A stretch of 64,000 nucleotides of DNA from Nitrospirales bacterium (GCA_965203295.1 CBDBCZ010000019.1:2624001-2688000); one strand, 5' to 3'. Counted from the stretch's first letter, positions 19,321 to 30,511 are shown. Notes: generated from the letters alone by a model not told the origin. Translations and numbers: made by a program.

Positions 19321-20136
19321 ATGTTTGGGACCCTAGGCTTTTCAGAAATCATTATCATATTGGTCATTGTCCTCATCATTTTCGGTGCTGGACGGCTTCC
19401 TCAGATTGGTGAAGGGGTTGGCAAGGCCCTAAAAGGATTTAAGAAAGAGGTTCAAGATGTTCCCCCTCCATTCGATCCCAATGCGACAGCACCGCCGTCA
19501 GCGGTTCCGGAAGAACAGAACCATGCCACTCCAGCTCAAGCCACAGAACCTATCAGTGGTGGGACTCCTTTAGCTCCTGGCACCCCTCAGGCTCATCAAT
19601 TAGGGACCGAGCAAACTCCCGGAACCACAGCGGCTTTGTCTTACAGTGGGATTCGTCCTGAACCTGTTCAACCAGCCCAACAACAAGTCGCACCTCCTCC
19701 CCAGACCGTGTCACCCCAACCTGTAGATACTTTACAACCGGTAAGCATGGAACAACGAACGACGGCTCCTCCTCCTCAACCGAAAGCCCAATATCCTCCT
19801 CTTCCTCCCTCTGCTCGAGCGACTCCTGGTTCGAAGCGACCATCGGCTGTTGTCAACAAGGATGCGGTGGCACGGGTACAAGCTCAGCGGGCCGCTATGC
19901 AAGCCAATGCTGCCCAAAAATCGGGGGGCGGCACCGATGATTTACAGAGCATGGGTGAAGGGCTCGGGAGTGCACTTCGAACATTTCGTCAAGCCACGGC
20001 TGATGTCAAAAATTCTATTGATCCGGAAATGCGAACCATTCAGGCCGAACTAGAAGCTGCACAAAAGGAAGTGGAGGAATCTATTGAGGCCGCCAAACAA
20101 CCACCCTTACCCAAAGAACCCCCATACTCGACCTAA
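19321..20136 (+). CDS. tatA: Extended TatA/E family translocase subunit
   Basis: LGFSEIIIILVIVLIIFGAGRLPQIGEGVGKALKGFKK hinge and amphipathic helix, long P/Q/T-rich linker, second helix LQSMGEGLGSALRTFRQA. Confidence 0.85.
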   Translation: MFGTLGFSEIIIILVIVLIIFGAGRLPQIGEGVGKALKGFKKEVQDVPPPFDPNATAPPSAVPEEQNHATPAQATEPISGGTPLAPGTPQAHQLGTEQTPGTTAALSYSGIRPEPVQPAQQQVAPPPQTVSPQPVDTLQPVSMEQRTTAPPPQPKAQYPPLPPSARATPGSKRPSAVVNKDAVARVQAQRAAMQANAAQKSGGGTDDLQSMGEGLGSALRTFRQATADVKNSIDPEMRTIQAELEAAQKEVEESIEAAKQPPLPKEPPYST

Positions 20137-21031
20137 GAAGTTGTTAAACCGCTCAACGTTCTCACGTTTCGAGACCTCTCTCAAAAACCAGATATTTTCC
20201 CAAAATTATACAACTGGAAAAGTCAGCTCGAGAAAACTATTTTTCTCTCATGTTTCTGCCCTTACCTCCATTCTCTTTGGCTTTGTGTTCTTTGGTTTCT
20301 TCGGATTGTGGGGCTGCCAGGCCCAATCAGATCGGAATACACCACAGATCGTCACTTCGCATCTTGTCAAATTATTACAAGATCCTAGTCCTGATGTACG
20401 ACGAACAGCTGCCCAATCATTAGGAAAAATCGCCGATCCTACAGGCGAGCAGGCTTTGGTCAAAGCCTTAGAAGATCTGGATCCTCAAGTCCGGGAATAT
20501 AGCGTCTGGGCGCTAGGACAGATTGGAGAGGAAGTAGACAATACGACCGCTCTTGCCTTGCTCAAGGCCCTCGGTGACACACAGTCTAATGTCAAAAGGG
20601 CAGCCGCTTCGGCCTTAGGTAGGATTGGAACTCGACAGGTAGTTGTCGAACTTCTCACAGAAGCCATCCGGATGAGGGAGACCGAAATGCTACGGTACTC
20701 GGTGGAAGCTCTTTCCGAACTTGACAGCCCTTCGGCCTATGTGGAGTTGATCTCTGCCCTGAACGTCTCTGATGCCAGAATCCGTCAAGTGGCCATTGCG
20801 GCCTTAGGGGAACTTGGGGATCCCCGAGCGTTGCCAGCTATTCGAAACCGGCTTCTACAAGATCCCGACATTGGAGTACGAACCGAGGCTGCCTTTCGTC
20901 TTGGGAAGTTAGGTGATCAAAATGACCGGCCTGCCTTACTCCAGGCTGCAGAGAGGGACCCGGATCCCCTCGTTCATTTTTGGTCTACATGGGCAATCGC
21001 CATGATTGACTCCTCGTCCAACTCGCACTGA
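20084..21031 (+). CDS. HEAT-repeat lipoprotein
   Basis: Lipobox LWGC followed by repeated LxDxxPxVRxxAAxxLGxIG units; start uncertain (TTG at 20084 or 20141). Confidence 0.82.
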   Translation: MRPPNNHPYPKNPHTRPKKLLNRSTFSRFETSLKNQIFSQNYTTGKVSSRKLFFSHVSALTSILFGFVFFGFFGLWGCQAQSDRNTPQIVTSHLVKLLQDPSPDVRRTAAQSLGKIADPTGEQALVKALEDLDPQVREYSVWALGQIGEEVDNTTALALLKALGDTQSNVKRAAASALGRIGTRQVVVELLTEAIRMRETEMLRYSVEALSELDSPSAYVELISALNVSDARIRQVAIAALGELGDPRALPAIRNRLLQDPDIGVRTEAAFRLGKLGDQNDRPALLQAAERDPDPLVHFWSTWAIAMIDSSSNSH

Positions 21032-21065
21032 AAAGGCCTTGGGGAATAGACTGAGTGGAGCCTCC

Positions 21066-21116
21066 CGCCATTCATCCCACCCTTCCAGGTGGAGCATTCA
21101 GGCGAAGGAAGAGTAA
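21066..21116 (-). mobile_element. Possible isolated IS200/IS605-type end hairpin
   Basis: CGCCATTCATCCCACCCTTCCAGGTGGAGCATTCAGGCG resembles IS605 subterminal hairpins; the minus strand begins with TTAC; no transposase nearby. Confidence 0.35.
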
Positions 21117-21177
21117 CCTGGAAGCATGCCGAGCTTCAGCGCTGAGATGAAAAAAAAGAGAAAATCAGCTTGAAGCC

Positions 21178-23175
21178 CTAGAATGTCTTAGGGTCGGCTA
21201 AAAAACTCATCGCTAATCGAATTTGTGGACGGGTGCCTAATAAGACCACGACATCTCCAGGCTCTAAGGATATTTTTTTGTATGAAGAGGAATACGTTGT
21301 GCCTGCTCTTGTGAGGGCCAGGATTGAGGCTCCAGATCTTTGCCTGATAGCGAGATCAGCCAATGATCTCCCTAAAACTGGAGAGTCATCCTCGATTCTG
21401 CACGTTTCGACCTCAACATCCAGAAGAGTCCCAGCCCGAAGATGATGAGCCAGCTCAGGAAGTTCACCCCGACGTAACAGGGAATACCCTTCACGGCGGA
21501 CCTGCTCGGCCTTCTCCACAATAAAGTCCTGTGGGAGCTTATAGGTTTGAAGCACTAAGGTAAAAATTTCTATAGAGGTTTCAAATTCCTCTGGAACCAC
21601 TTCGTTCGCACCAAGATCATGAAGCTCATCCAATTCCTTTAAATAACGAGTCCGTACGACAATATGAAGAGAAGGGTTAAGTTTGCGAGCCAGTTGGACC
21701 ATTCGTCGCGCGCCAAAGGGATCCGAAGTAGCGATGACCAGAACCCGCGCTGATTCAATCTGCACTTTTCGAAGAACAATTGGATTCGTCCCATCACCAT
21801 ACAAAATCGGGATGCCGGTCCCGACTTCCAATTTGATGACCTCTCCTCGGTATTCCAGAACCACAAAGGGAATTTCGACTTCCCGGAGAACGTGTGCCAG
21901 ATTTCGTCCATTGAGCCCATAGCCTACAATGATGACGTGATCTTGAATTTTTAAAGGCGGGGAGTCTTCACGATACGTCAGGCGTCCAGGCAACCAATGT
22001 TGTAATCGTTGGATCGCTTCAGTCCGACGGGCTATGCGCGGGGCCCACTGGATAAGAAAAGGCGTGATAATCATCGTCATCACTGAAACCGACAAGAAAA
22101 TGTTATACGCATCCCTACTTAACAGTTCATATTGCTGCCCTTCTTGAGCGAGAATGAAGGCGAATTCTCCTACTTGAGCCAGAGCGATCCCCGAAAGAAT
22201 AGCGGGTCTGAAGGGAACTCCTGCTACCAGAACTGCGCCTGTTCCTGTCAGAAATTTTCCCAACAACACAGTGACAATAAGGAACATGATCAAGATCGGG
22301 TGACTGAGAAGGATGCGAAGATCCATGAGCATGCCAATGGAAACGAAAAATAGGCTATTAAAGCTATCCCGAAAGGGGAGAATTTCTGCCAAGGCTTGGT
22401 GGCTGTATTCGGATTCAGAAATCAGCAGCCCTGCAATAAAAGCTCCTAAGGCTAAAGAAAGTCCAGCCAAAGAGGTGACCCACGCAGTCCCGAGCCCAAG
22501 AACCACAATGGTCAGTAAGAACAGTTCTCGACTTCGGGTCCCCACGATGTGCTCAAGGAGTTTTGGAACGACGACACGAGCGGCAATGACAATAATGACC
22601 ACGAGGGCCACAGATTGAAGAAGAGTAATCAGAACTCGCCCAGACCCCTCAGATGCCTGGTCACTTAGTAATGGGGTCAAGAGCATCATGCCCACAACCA
22701 CCAGATCCTGAAAAATTAAGATGCCAATGGTGGAGCGTCCATGAAGCGTGTCATTCTCTCGACGTTCAGCCAACGCTTTGAGGACAATGGCCGTACTGCT
22801 CAGTGAGAGCAATAAACCCCAGAAAATGGCCTCACGATAGGGAAGGCCAAACGCCATTGCCCCAATAAGAACGAGAAACAGCACTCCGCTGACTTGGACA
22901 GGGCCTCCGATTAAAAACAGGCTGCGCGAAGCTTTCAAATGGGCGAGGGAGAATTCCAGTCCAATGGTGAAAAGGAGAAGCACGATCCCAATTTCTGCAA
23001 GATCCTGGACCTGATCTCGGTCTGAGATGAGGTTCAGACCAAAGGGTCCAACCAATGTCCCCGCTACCAAAAATCCAGCAATCGAAGGTAATCGAAGCTT
23101 CTGAAAAATGAAGACAATCCCGATCGAAACAGAAAAAATGATAAGGACGTCACGGAGGATGTTGGCTTGGTCCAT
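21178..23175 (-). CDS. CPA2 monovalent cation:proton antiporter with TrkA-N/TrkA-C domains (KefC/YbaL-like)
   Basis: About 12 TM helices, LLFTIGLEFS, LSLSSTAIV, FQD, FFVSIG, QVGEFAF, HVIIVGYGLNG Rossmann motif. Confidence 0.93.
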   Translation of the reverse strand: MDQANILRDVLIIFSVSIGIVFIFQKLRLPSIAGFLVAGTLVGPFGLNLISDRDQVQDLAEIGIVLLLFTIGLEFSLAHLKASRSLFLIGGPVQVSGVLFLVLIGAMAFGLPYREAIFWGLLLSLSSTAIVLKALAERRENDTLHGRSTIGILIFQDLVVVGMMLLTPLLSDQASEGSGRVLITLLQSVALVVIIVIAARVVVPKLLEHIVGTRSRELFLLTIVVLGLGTAWVTSLAGLSLALGAFIAGLLISESEYSHQALAEILPFRDSFNSLFFVSIGMLMDLRILLSHPILIMFLIVTVLLGKFLTGTGAVLVAGVPFRPAILSGIALAQVGEFAFILAQEGQQYELLSRDAYNIFLSVSVMTMIITPFLIQWAPRIARRTEAIQRLQHWLPGRLTYREDSPPLKIQDHVIIVGYGLNGRNLAHVLREVEIPFVVLEYRGEVIKLEVGTGIPILYGDGTNPIVLRKVQIESARVLVIATSDPFGARRMVQLARKLNPSLHIVVRTRYLKELDELHDLGANEVVPEEFETSIEIFTLVLQTYKLPQDFIVEKAEQVRREGYSLLRRGELPELAHHLRAGTLLDVEVETCRIEDDSPVLGRSLADLAIRQRSGASILALTRAGTTYSSSYKKISLEPGDVVVLLGTRPQIRLAMSFLADPKTF

Positions 23176-23413
23176 AAAGGTAGCTTTGATCTTCTCTTTT
23201 AGGGTTATTGATGGACCCTACTATACTGGACTCATGCCTTGTGTCAAAGGTCCGAAGGTATGTCTAGACGGAATTCAAAAGCTTAATCATTCCACTGAGG
23301 TGCCAGTCTCCAGGGCGGGAAGAGGCCGAGGTCAACAAAAAGGCGATGGGGAAACGGACGTTTCGAACATGTAACCAGAGAGAATCGTGTGGGGGAAAAG
23401 CTGATAACGCCAT

Positions 23414-24037
23414 TTAGACCGAGAGATCTTGAAAAAGCCAAGGAGAGTCAGTCTTCCGGCGTTGCTCATAGGCCGTGATGTCTTGCTCATGTTGGAGGGT
23501 CAGCCCAATCGCATCGAGTCCTTGCAACATGCAGTTTTTTTGAAAGGGGTCGATATCAAAAGTCAAAGATTGCCCATCGGGAGTCAGGACGGTTTGATTC
23601 TGTATATCGATAGTGAGCTGATACCCTTCTTTCACATTCATGGCTTCAAAAATGGTCTGAATTTCTTGAGACATCAGCGTGACGGGCAAGATACCATTTT
23701 GGAAACAGTTGTTCCGAAAAATGTCGGCAAAGCTTGAGGCAAGAATTGCGCGAAATCCGTAGTCTAACAATGCCCAAGGGGCATGTTCACGTGACGAACC
23801 GCATCCAAAGTTATCCCTCGTCAACAGAATGGATGCTCCCTCATAACGAGATTGGTTCATAAAGAAATCAGAGTTCGGCGTCCCATCTTCATGCTGTCGC
23901 CAGTCAGCGAACAACCCTTCTTTCAATCCTGTCCGATGAATGGTTTTGAGGAATTGCTTGGGGATTATTTGATCAGTATCCACATTGACCCGATCCAAGG
24001 GGGCGACTAAACCGGTGAGTATCGTAAATGCTTGCAT
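23414..24037 (-). CDS. leuD: 3-isopropylmalate dehydratase small subunit
   Basis: NVDTDQIIPKQFL, NFGCGSSREHAPWAL. Confidence 0.97.
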   Translation of the reverse strand: MQAFTILTGLVAPLDRVNVDTDQIIPKQFLKTIHRTGLKEGLFADWRQHEDGTPNSDFFMNQSRYEGASILLTRDNFGCGSSREHAPWALLDYGFRAILASSFADIFRNNCFQNGILPVTLMSQEIQTIFEAMNVKEGYQLTIDIQNQTVLTPDGQSLTFDIDPFQKNCMLQGLDAIGLTLQHEQDITAYEQRRKTDSPWLFQDLSV

Positions 24038-24112
24038 GGATGGATGCTCTCCTTAGGTCTTACGCCAACACGTGGTGTGGCATTCTTCTTCCTTGAGGAC
24101 GTTTTAACAGTT

Positions 24113-25516
24113 TCATCCCCAATGGCGAATGTCAACAAAATGACCGGCGACAGCCGCAGCCGCCGCCATGGCTGGAGAAACCAAATGGGTTCGGCCACCT
24201 TTCCCCTGACGGCCCTCAAAGTTTCTATTACTGGTGGAAGCACAACGCTCCCCTGGTTTAAGTACATCGGCATTCATCGCGAGACACATACTGCACCCCG
24301 ATTCGCGCCATTCAAACCCAGCTTTTCGAAACACCTCATCGAGGCCTTCATTTTCAGCTTGTCTCTTGATAAGACCCGATCCAGGAACCACCATGCCGTG
24401 TACGCCTTTCGCGATTGTTTTCCCTTTCAGATGGCTGGCTGCAATTCTCAGGTCTTCAATCCTCGAGTTGGTGCAGGAACCGATGAAGACCCGATCAATT
24501 TTAATTTGTTCAATAGGGGTGCCCGGTTGGAGTCCCATATAGTCCAATGCCTGTTGGGTTGCCTTTTGTAAAGTTTCATCGGTCAGTTCTTGGGGGTCCG
24601 GAACCTTTCCATTCACTCCAGTGACCATACCAGGATTAGTGCCCCATGTCACTTGGGGAGCGATCTTCTCAGCTTGCAAGAACACAACGGTATCATAATG
24701 AGCCAGGGGATCCGTTCTGAGGTTTTCCCATGAAGAACGAGCCTGCTCAAAAAGATTCCCCTTTGGTGCGAGTGGACGGTCCTTCAGGTACGAAAAAGTG
24801 GTGGCATCCGGCGCCACTAGACCTGCTCGCGCTCCCCCTTCAATGGACATGTTACAGAGAGTCATTCGCCCTTCCATGGAAAGAGCTTGAACAGCTGACC
24901 CGGTATATTCAATGACATGCCCTGTTCCTCCTGAGACCCCGATATGGCCGATAATGGCTAAAATCAAATCCTTCGGGGAACATCTTGCTGAAAGAGTTCC
25001 AGTGACGCGGACCTCCATGGTCTTGGGACGTTTTTGAACCAAGCATTGCGTTGCAAGAACATGTTCTACTTCACTGGTTCCAATTCCAAAGGCCAGGGCA
25101 CCAAAGGCCCCATGAGTAGATGTATGGGAGTCTCCACACACAATGGTCATACCAGGAAGCGTGAGCCCTTGCTCAGGCCCAATGACATGAACAATCCCTT
25201 GTCGTGGATCATCCATGTTAAAAAGTGTGATCTGAAAGCCTTCACAATTTTCCTCTAACTTATCAATTTGAATCTTGCTCATGGGGTCGGTAATGCCTGC
25301 CTGCCGATCGGTCGTGGGAACATTGTGATCGGGTACAGCTAAAATAGCGGCTGGGCGTCTCGGACGACGACCGGCCAGTTTCAACCCTTCAAATGCCTGA
25401 GGTGAGGTCACTTCGTGCACAAGGTGACGGTCGATATACAACAGCGTGGTGCCATCCGAATCTTCTCGAACCACATGAGAATCCCAAACTTTCTGGAATA
25501 AGGTTTTCGCTGCCAT
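24113..25516 (-). CDS. leuC: 3-isopropylmalate dehydratase large subunit
   Basis: GAGGAGG RBS then [46 protein letters not shown]. Confidence 0.98.
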   Translation of the reverse strand: MAAKTLFQKVWDSHVVREDSDGTTLLYIDRHLVHEVTSPQAFEGLKLAGRRPRRPAAILAVPDHNVPTTDRQAGITDPMSKIQIDKLEENCEGFQITLFNMDDPRQGIVHVIGPEQGLTLPGMTIVCGDSHTSTHGAFGALAFGIGTSEVEHVLATQCLVQKRPKTMEVRVTGTLSARCSPKDLILAIIGHIGVSGGTGHVIEYTGSAVQALSMEGRMTLCNMSIEGGARAGLVAPDATTFSYLKDRPLAPKGNLFEQARSSWENLRTDPLAHYDTVVFLQAEKIAPQVTWGTNPGMVTGVNGKVPDPQELTDETLQKATQQALDYMGLQPGTPIEQIKIDRVFIGSCTNSRIEDLRIAASHLKGKTIAKGVHGMVVPGSGLIKRQAENEGLDEVFRKAGFEWRESGCSMCLAMNADVLKPGERCASTSNRNFEGRQGKGGRTHLVSPAMAAAAAVAGHFVDIRHWG

Positions 25517-26107
25517 GCTTTCCTCCTCAAAGTTCTTGAGAATACGTATAATGCATCGTTTGATTAAAATCTTGCAAGCCTCTTTCTTTCCCTGCGATTT
25601 GGAGCATTCTGAAAAGCGCTGTTCCCCTCTGGACAGCAAACGGTGACGATGATCGTCGAGAGTCAAGTTCCAGTTCCATCATCCTGTCTCCTTTTGTGGT
25701 CCCATAGTCCTTCTGGTATACTTTCTGAGTTGTTTAGGTTACATTCTCTCTCTTTCGTTGGGGATTGAACCTGGGCAAGAGTCTAGGGAAGAAATGCTTT
25801 GTCTCGCGCATCCTAAAGCATAAGGACATGGGCTAGTCAGCCGCGATCCTTCCTGTCAGAGGACATGACATCTTGCCTTGGTGTCACCTTTCGGTGAGAT
25901 TGTTCCTTCCTTCATCTGGTCAGAATGTCTGTGCGACTTTCCGAAAGGTTGCCTCTCTGTCATTTACAATCTAGGCCTTAGCCGGATCAGACTATATCGT
26001 GGACCAATGAGATCAAGAAATGATGAATCGTGCGAAAGTAAACCGCGGATGGGTTTGGCAAGCAATTCGTGAGAGAAGGGGAAAATTGATGAGTAGGAGG
26101 ATGTATT

Positions 26108-27151
26108 GTGGGCGCATTTAGTTGCCTGTTAAGTTTTTTTTCCAAGGATATGGCCATTGATTTGGGCACATCTTCCACGTTGGTGTGTGTTCAAGACAGA
26201 GGAATTGTTCTTAACGAACCGTCTGTCGTTGCCATTGAAAAACAAACGAATAAAATTTTGGCAGTAGGTGCAGAAGCCAAAAAGATGGTGGGACGGACAC
26301 CTGGGAATATTATGGCCATCCGTCCCATGAAGGACGGGGTCATCGCGGATTTTGAAATGGCCGAACGAATGCTGCGGTATTTTATCACAAAGGTCCATAA
26401 CCGAAGATCCTTTGTGAGACCGCGAATCATCATTGGCGTCCCCTCTCGCATTACTCAAGTCGAACAACGAGCCGTGAAAGAATCGGCTGAGTTAGCTGGG
26501 GCTCGCGAAGTCTACCTGATTGAAGAGCCGGTGGCCGCTGCCATTGGTGCAGGACTTCCGATCACCGAACCCTCTGGGAACATGGTCGTTGATATCGGAG
26601 GTGGCACCACTGATATTGCCGTGATTTCCTTGGGTGGCATTGTCTATAGCGAATCGGTCAAAGTGGCAGGTGACCAACTTGATTGGGCGATTGTGTCATA
26701 CATTAAGCGTGAATATAGCTTGCTCATCGGCGACCACATGTCCGAGCAGGTAAAAAAGCAAATTGGTTCCGCCTATCCATTACCAGAGAAATCTCAAATG
26801 ATGGTGAAGGGTCGTGATTTGATTACAGGAATTCCTCGGACGATTGTTCTTGAAGACACAGAGATCCGCGAAGCCTTGCAAGAATCTATTTCGACCATCG
26901 TGGCGGCGATAAAAGTCGCGTTGGAAAATACCCCTCCTGAATTAGCGGGGGATATCATCGATCGTGGAATTGTTCTCACTGGTGGAGGCTCACTATTAAA
27001 AGGGCTGGATTCGCGATTACAGGATGAAACCGGTTTGCCAATCGTCACAGTCGATGATCCATTAACCTCTGTTGTACTGGGGGTAGGCCAAACGTTGGAG
27101 GAGCTGACTCTGTTGCGAAGTGTTGCCTCCATGTCCTCATTCAGGAAGTGA
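26108..27151 (+). CDS. mreB: Rod shape-determining protein MreB
   Basis: [34 protein letters not shown]. Confidence 0.97.
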   Translation: MGAFSCLLSFFSKDMAIDLGTSSTLVCVQDRGIVLNEPSVVAIEKQTNKILAVGAEAKKMVGRTPGNIMAIRPMKDGVIADFEMAERMLRYFITKVHNRRSFVRPRIIIGVPSRITQVEQRAVKESAELAGAREVYLIEEPVAAAIGAGLPITEPSGNMVVDIGGGTTDIAVISLGGIVYSESVKVAGDQLDWAIVSYIKREYSLLIGDHMSEQVKKQIGSAYPLPEKSQMMVKGRDLITGIPRTIVLEDTEIREALQESISTIVAAIKVALENTPPELAGDIIDRGIVLTGGGSLLKGLDSRLQDETGLPIVTVDDPLTSVVLGVGQTLEELTLLRSVASMSSFRK

Positions 27152-27165
27152 CGTGACCCAACGAC

Positions 27166-28068
27166 ATGACTGGCTGGCTTCGCCCTTTCATTTTGGTCAG
27201 TTCTGGCATGAGGCGGACACTTTTGGTCCTGTTGGTGATCACGTTTTTGATTCTCGCTCTCCTTCCCCGACAAACCGAAAAAATCCTTCAAGTTGTTAGT
27301 CGGCCCATCGCCGATCTTCTTGCCGTCCCCATCAAAGGATTGGCTTGGGTGGATCGAAATATTCGCGAGGCTTGGAATCGATATTTGGCCCTACAGGGCG
27401 TATATGAGCAAAACCTGTTACTGAGGGAAAAAGTTCAAATCCTGCAAGGGGAAATCAACAGCTTGCGAGAAGAGGCTATGTCCTCAGAACGGTTAGCCGC
27501 ACTGCTGGAATTTAAAACAACCAGTGATGTAGAGACGATTGTAGCGCGAATCATTGGGCGCAATGCTTCCAATTGGTACCAGACGGTGGTGTTAGATAAA
27601 GGCGAGAAAGATGGGATTGAAATAGAAATGGGAGCCATCACCCCTGCTGGGGTCGTGGGACAGGTGGTGAAGGTGGCTTCTTCAACCAGCATTGTTTTGC
27701 TGTTGACCGATCCGAATGTGGCTATCCCAGGTTTCGCGCAGCGCACACGAGATGAAGGCATTGTTCAGGGTACTTCACAAGGGTTGATTCATATGAAATA
27801 CATTCCCCCTCTCTCACCAATCCAAAAAGGGGATACGATTGTGACTTCCGGGCTCACTGGGGGATTCCCCAGGGGAATCCTGATTGGACAAGTTCAGGCT
27901 GTACAAACCCAGGAGGGAGATCTCTTTCAATCAGCGGCTCTTAGTCCCGCGGTCAACTTTTCGAAATTGGAAGAAGTCCTTATCATCACTTCTCCTAAGC
28001 CAACAGAACGCCTGGAAGCTACAGAAGAAACCTTGACGGCACCTGATGTCCCAAGAGGCAATCCATGA
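27166..28068 (+). CDS. mreC: Rod shape-determining protein MreC
   Basis: N-terminal TM, coiled coil, DKGEKDGI, GVVGQV, VTSGLTGGFPRGI; follows mreB. Confidence 0.94.
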   Translation: MTGWLRPFILVSSGMRRTLLVLLVITFLILALLPRQTEKILQVVSRPIADLLAVPIKGLAWVDRNIREAWNRYLALQGVYEQNLLLREKVQILQGEINSLREEAMSSERLAALLEFKTTSDVETIVARIIGRNASNWYQTVVLDKGEKDGIEIEMGAITPAGVVGQVVKVASSTSIVLLLTDPNVAIPGFAQRTRDEGIVQGTSQGLIHMKYIPPLSPIQKGDTIVTSGLTGGFPRGILIGQVQAVQTQEGDLFQSAALSPAVNFSKLEEVLIITSPKPTERLEATEETLTAPDVPRGNP

Positions 28069-28553
28069 AGGCCCTTCTGTATTCTGGGTTGCTTTTCTTT
28101 CTTGTCCCCTTGCAAGTGACGGTTGTTCCTTCCCTGACTCTTTGGGGAATATCTCCGGATCTCTGTTTGGTGGCAGCCTGTATTGTGGGGTTTTGGTTCG
28201 GCCCTCTGGTTGGAGGAGCGTTAGGTGGTGCATTAGGTTTTGGTCTGGATACGTTCTCGGCGAGTGGCATTTGGCTCAATACGGTTAGTAAAGCCGCAAT
28301 CGGTTTTTTGTGTGGACAATTGGGAAAAAACCTCTCTCGTACCACGGCTGGCTCGATCTTTTTACCAATTTTGGCATTTTCTTTCTTTTTAGGTGTGGTA
28401 TTTTTGGTATCTTCTAGAAGAGGATTGAATTTGGTGGATTTTTTCAATGGTGTCCCTTCCATTATTTTTCCGCAAGCGATTCTGGATGGAATTCTTGGAG
28501 TCACTGTCAATTGGGCTTTCGGACGCGGTGGTCTTAACGAATCCAAAATTTAG
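28065..28553 (+). CDS. mreD: Rod shape-determining protein MreD
   Basis: Hydrophobic multi-TM protein with ISPDL motif, overlapping the mreC stop. Confidence 0.8.
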   Translation: MKALLYSGLLFFLVPLQVTVVPSLTLWGISPDLCLVAACIVGFWFGPLVGGALGGALGFGLDTFSASGIWLNTVSKAAIGFLCGQLGKNLSRTTAGSIFLPILAFSFFLGVVFLVSSRRGLNLVDFFNGVPSIIFPQAILDGILGVTVNWAFGRGGLNESKI

Positions 28554-28630
28554 CGGCCACCGCATCATCCGTACAATCAAACGACAGATCACTGAGTCAA
28601 CTCCTTGATCGTTCTCTTTATAGTGAGAAC

Positions 28631-30511
28631 ATGGCTGAAAATGGGTTGAAGTCTTCAGAATTGTCTGAAGTTCACCAACGCCTGGTATTTCTGAAGGTTG
28701 GCGTGGTGGTTCTCATCGGGTTATTGGTCCTTCGTCTGTGGCAATTGCAAGTACGGGATGGACCTTACTATCGAGATCTTTCGCAGGACAATCGAACGCG
28801 AGCGGTCCTGTTACGCCCTGCACGAGGGTTAATCTACGACCGCAACGGCGTCCTTCTGGCCAATAATGTCCCCAGCTTTAATCTGTATGTTGAGTTGAAG
28901 GATGTGAAAAACCGTCAACACATGGCCATGCAACTTGAGAACCTGTTGGGGTTTAGCAGCAAAGATATTGTCGAGATGGTTGAGGCGAAAGGAAAAAGAA
29001 CCCGCGTGAAACTCAAAGGAGGGTTAACCTTACGAGAAGCTGCATTGATTGAATCCCATCGTCTGAATTTGCCTGGAGTGGTCATTCAACCAGAATATCA
29101 ACGGAATCATCCACTTGGTGCCTATGCGGCTCACTTGGTCGGATACGTAGGTGAAATTTCCGAAGAACAGTTAACCCAAGAACCGTTTCAGGGACTTCAT
29201 CAGGGAAGTATTATCGGACAGTATGGTATTGAACGAATGTACGATACCCTACTCAGAGGTCAGGCTGGGAGAAAGATCATTGAGGTGGATGCTCTCGGGC
29301 ATGAAAAGCGCACCATTTCTGTAATGAGCCCTCAAGCAGGAAATGATGTGTATTTAACCATTGATTTTCGTTTACAACAATTGGCAGAAGATCTTCTCGA
29401 TGAAGAAGCCGGAGCCATTGTCGCTCTGGATCCACGAAATGGAGAAATTCTTGCCCTTGCCAGTCGTCCAAATTTTGATCCGAATGCGCTTTCAAGAGGA
29501 TTGAATCCTCGAGATTGGAGAAAGCTTTTAGAAGACGACAGGCACTCCTTTACGAACCGAGCTACTCAGGGTCAGTATCCGCCGGGCTCGACCTTCAAAA
29601 TTATCGTGGCCGCGGCAGCGCTGGAATCCAATACCATTGATCTGAGTGATACGATCCGTTGTCGTGGGGGATTCCGTTTTGGAAAACGGATCTATCGGGA
29701 TTGGAAAAGGGGTGGACATGGTACTGTTGATTTGGTCCAAGCCATGGCCCATTCTTGTGATGTGTATTTCTATAAAATTGGCCACCGAATAGGTATCGAA
29801 ACCATCGCAGCGTTTGCTCATGAATTTGGACTTGGCCAAAAAACCGAGGTGGACCTACCCTCGGAGGAAGAGGGAATTGTCCCTTCACCGACTTGGAAAA
29901 AAAAGCTGAAGAAGAAACCATGGTATCCCGGGGAGACGATTTCCGCTTCCATTGGACAAGGCTATGTGACGGTGACTCCGATACAAATGGCACAAGTGAT
30001 TGCCACAATGGCCAATAACGGAATCTCATATAAGCCTAGGGTCCTCCGTGCGATTCTCCATCGAAGCAGCGGGAGGCTTGATGAGAGACCAATTGCGCCA
30101 GGGCGCCGTTTGCCTATTGCGATAGAACGGTTAGAAAGCATCAAAAAAGGGCTTCTTGCCGTGGTGACCGATGGGACCGCTCGAACGGCCCGATCATCAA
30201 TCGTGACCATCGCAGGAAAGACTGGTACTGCACAAGTTGCGGCCCTCCGTAGGGGACAGGAGGAGGATACACCCAAGGAGCTGCGAGACCATGCCTGGTT
30301 TTTAGCTTATGCCCCAGTAGAGCAGCCACGTATTGCTGTTGCCGTGTTAGTCGAGCATATAGGACATGGAGGATCTGCCGCAGCGCCTCTCGCCAAAACA
30401 TTGATCGAGAAATTTGTTAAGCTTGATAATCAAAAGCCAGGAGTTCGAGAAAAAGATCGAATGGAGCGGCAATTCCCAGCAACCTTTAAGGATGAGGCGA
30501 TCCATGGTTGA
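28631..30511 (+). CDS. mrdA: Penicillin-binding protein 2
   Basis: RGLIYDRNG, PPGSTFK (SxxK), SCD (SxN/D), GKTGTAQ. Confidence 0.96.
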   Translation: MAENGLKSSELSEVHQRLVFLKVGVVVLIGLLVLRLWQLQVRDGPYYRDLSQDNRTRAVLLRPARGLIYDRNGVLLANNVPSFNLYVELKDVKNRQHMAMQLENLLGFSSKDIVEMVEAKGKRTRVKLKGGLTLREAALIESHRLNLPGVVIQPEYQRNHPLGAYAAHLVGYVGEISEEQLTQEPFQGLHQGSIIGQYGIERMYDTLLRGQAGRKIIEVDALGHEKRTISVMSPQAGNDVYLTIDFRLQQLAEDLLDEEAGAIVALDPRNGEILALASRPNFDPNALSRGLNPRDWRKLLEDDRHSFTNRATQGQYPPGSTFKIIVAAAALESNTIDLSDTIRCRGGFRFGKRIYRDWKRGGHGTVDLVQAMAHSCDVYFYKIGHRIGIETIAAFAHEFGLGQKTEVDLPSEEEGIVPSPTWKKKLKKKPWYPGETISASIGQGYVTVTPIQMAQVIATMANNGISYKPRVLRAILHRSSGRLDERPIAPGRRLPIAIERLESIKKGLLAVVTDGTARTARSSIVTIAGKTGTAQVAALRRGQEEDTPKELRDHAWFLAYAPVEQPRIAVAVLVEHIGHGGSAAAPLAKTLIEKFVKLDNQKPGVREKDRMERQFPATFKDEAIHG

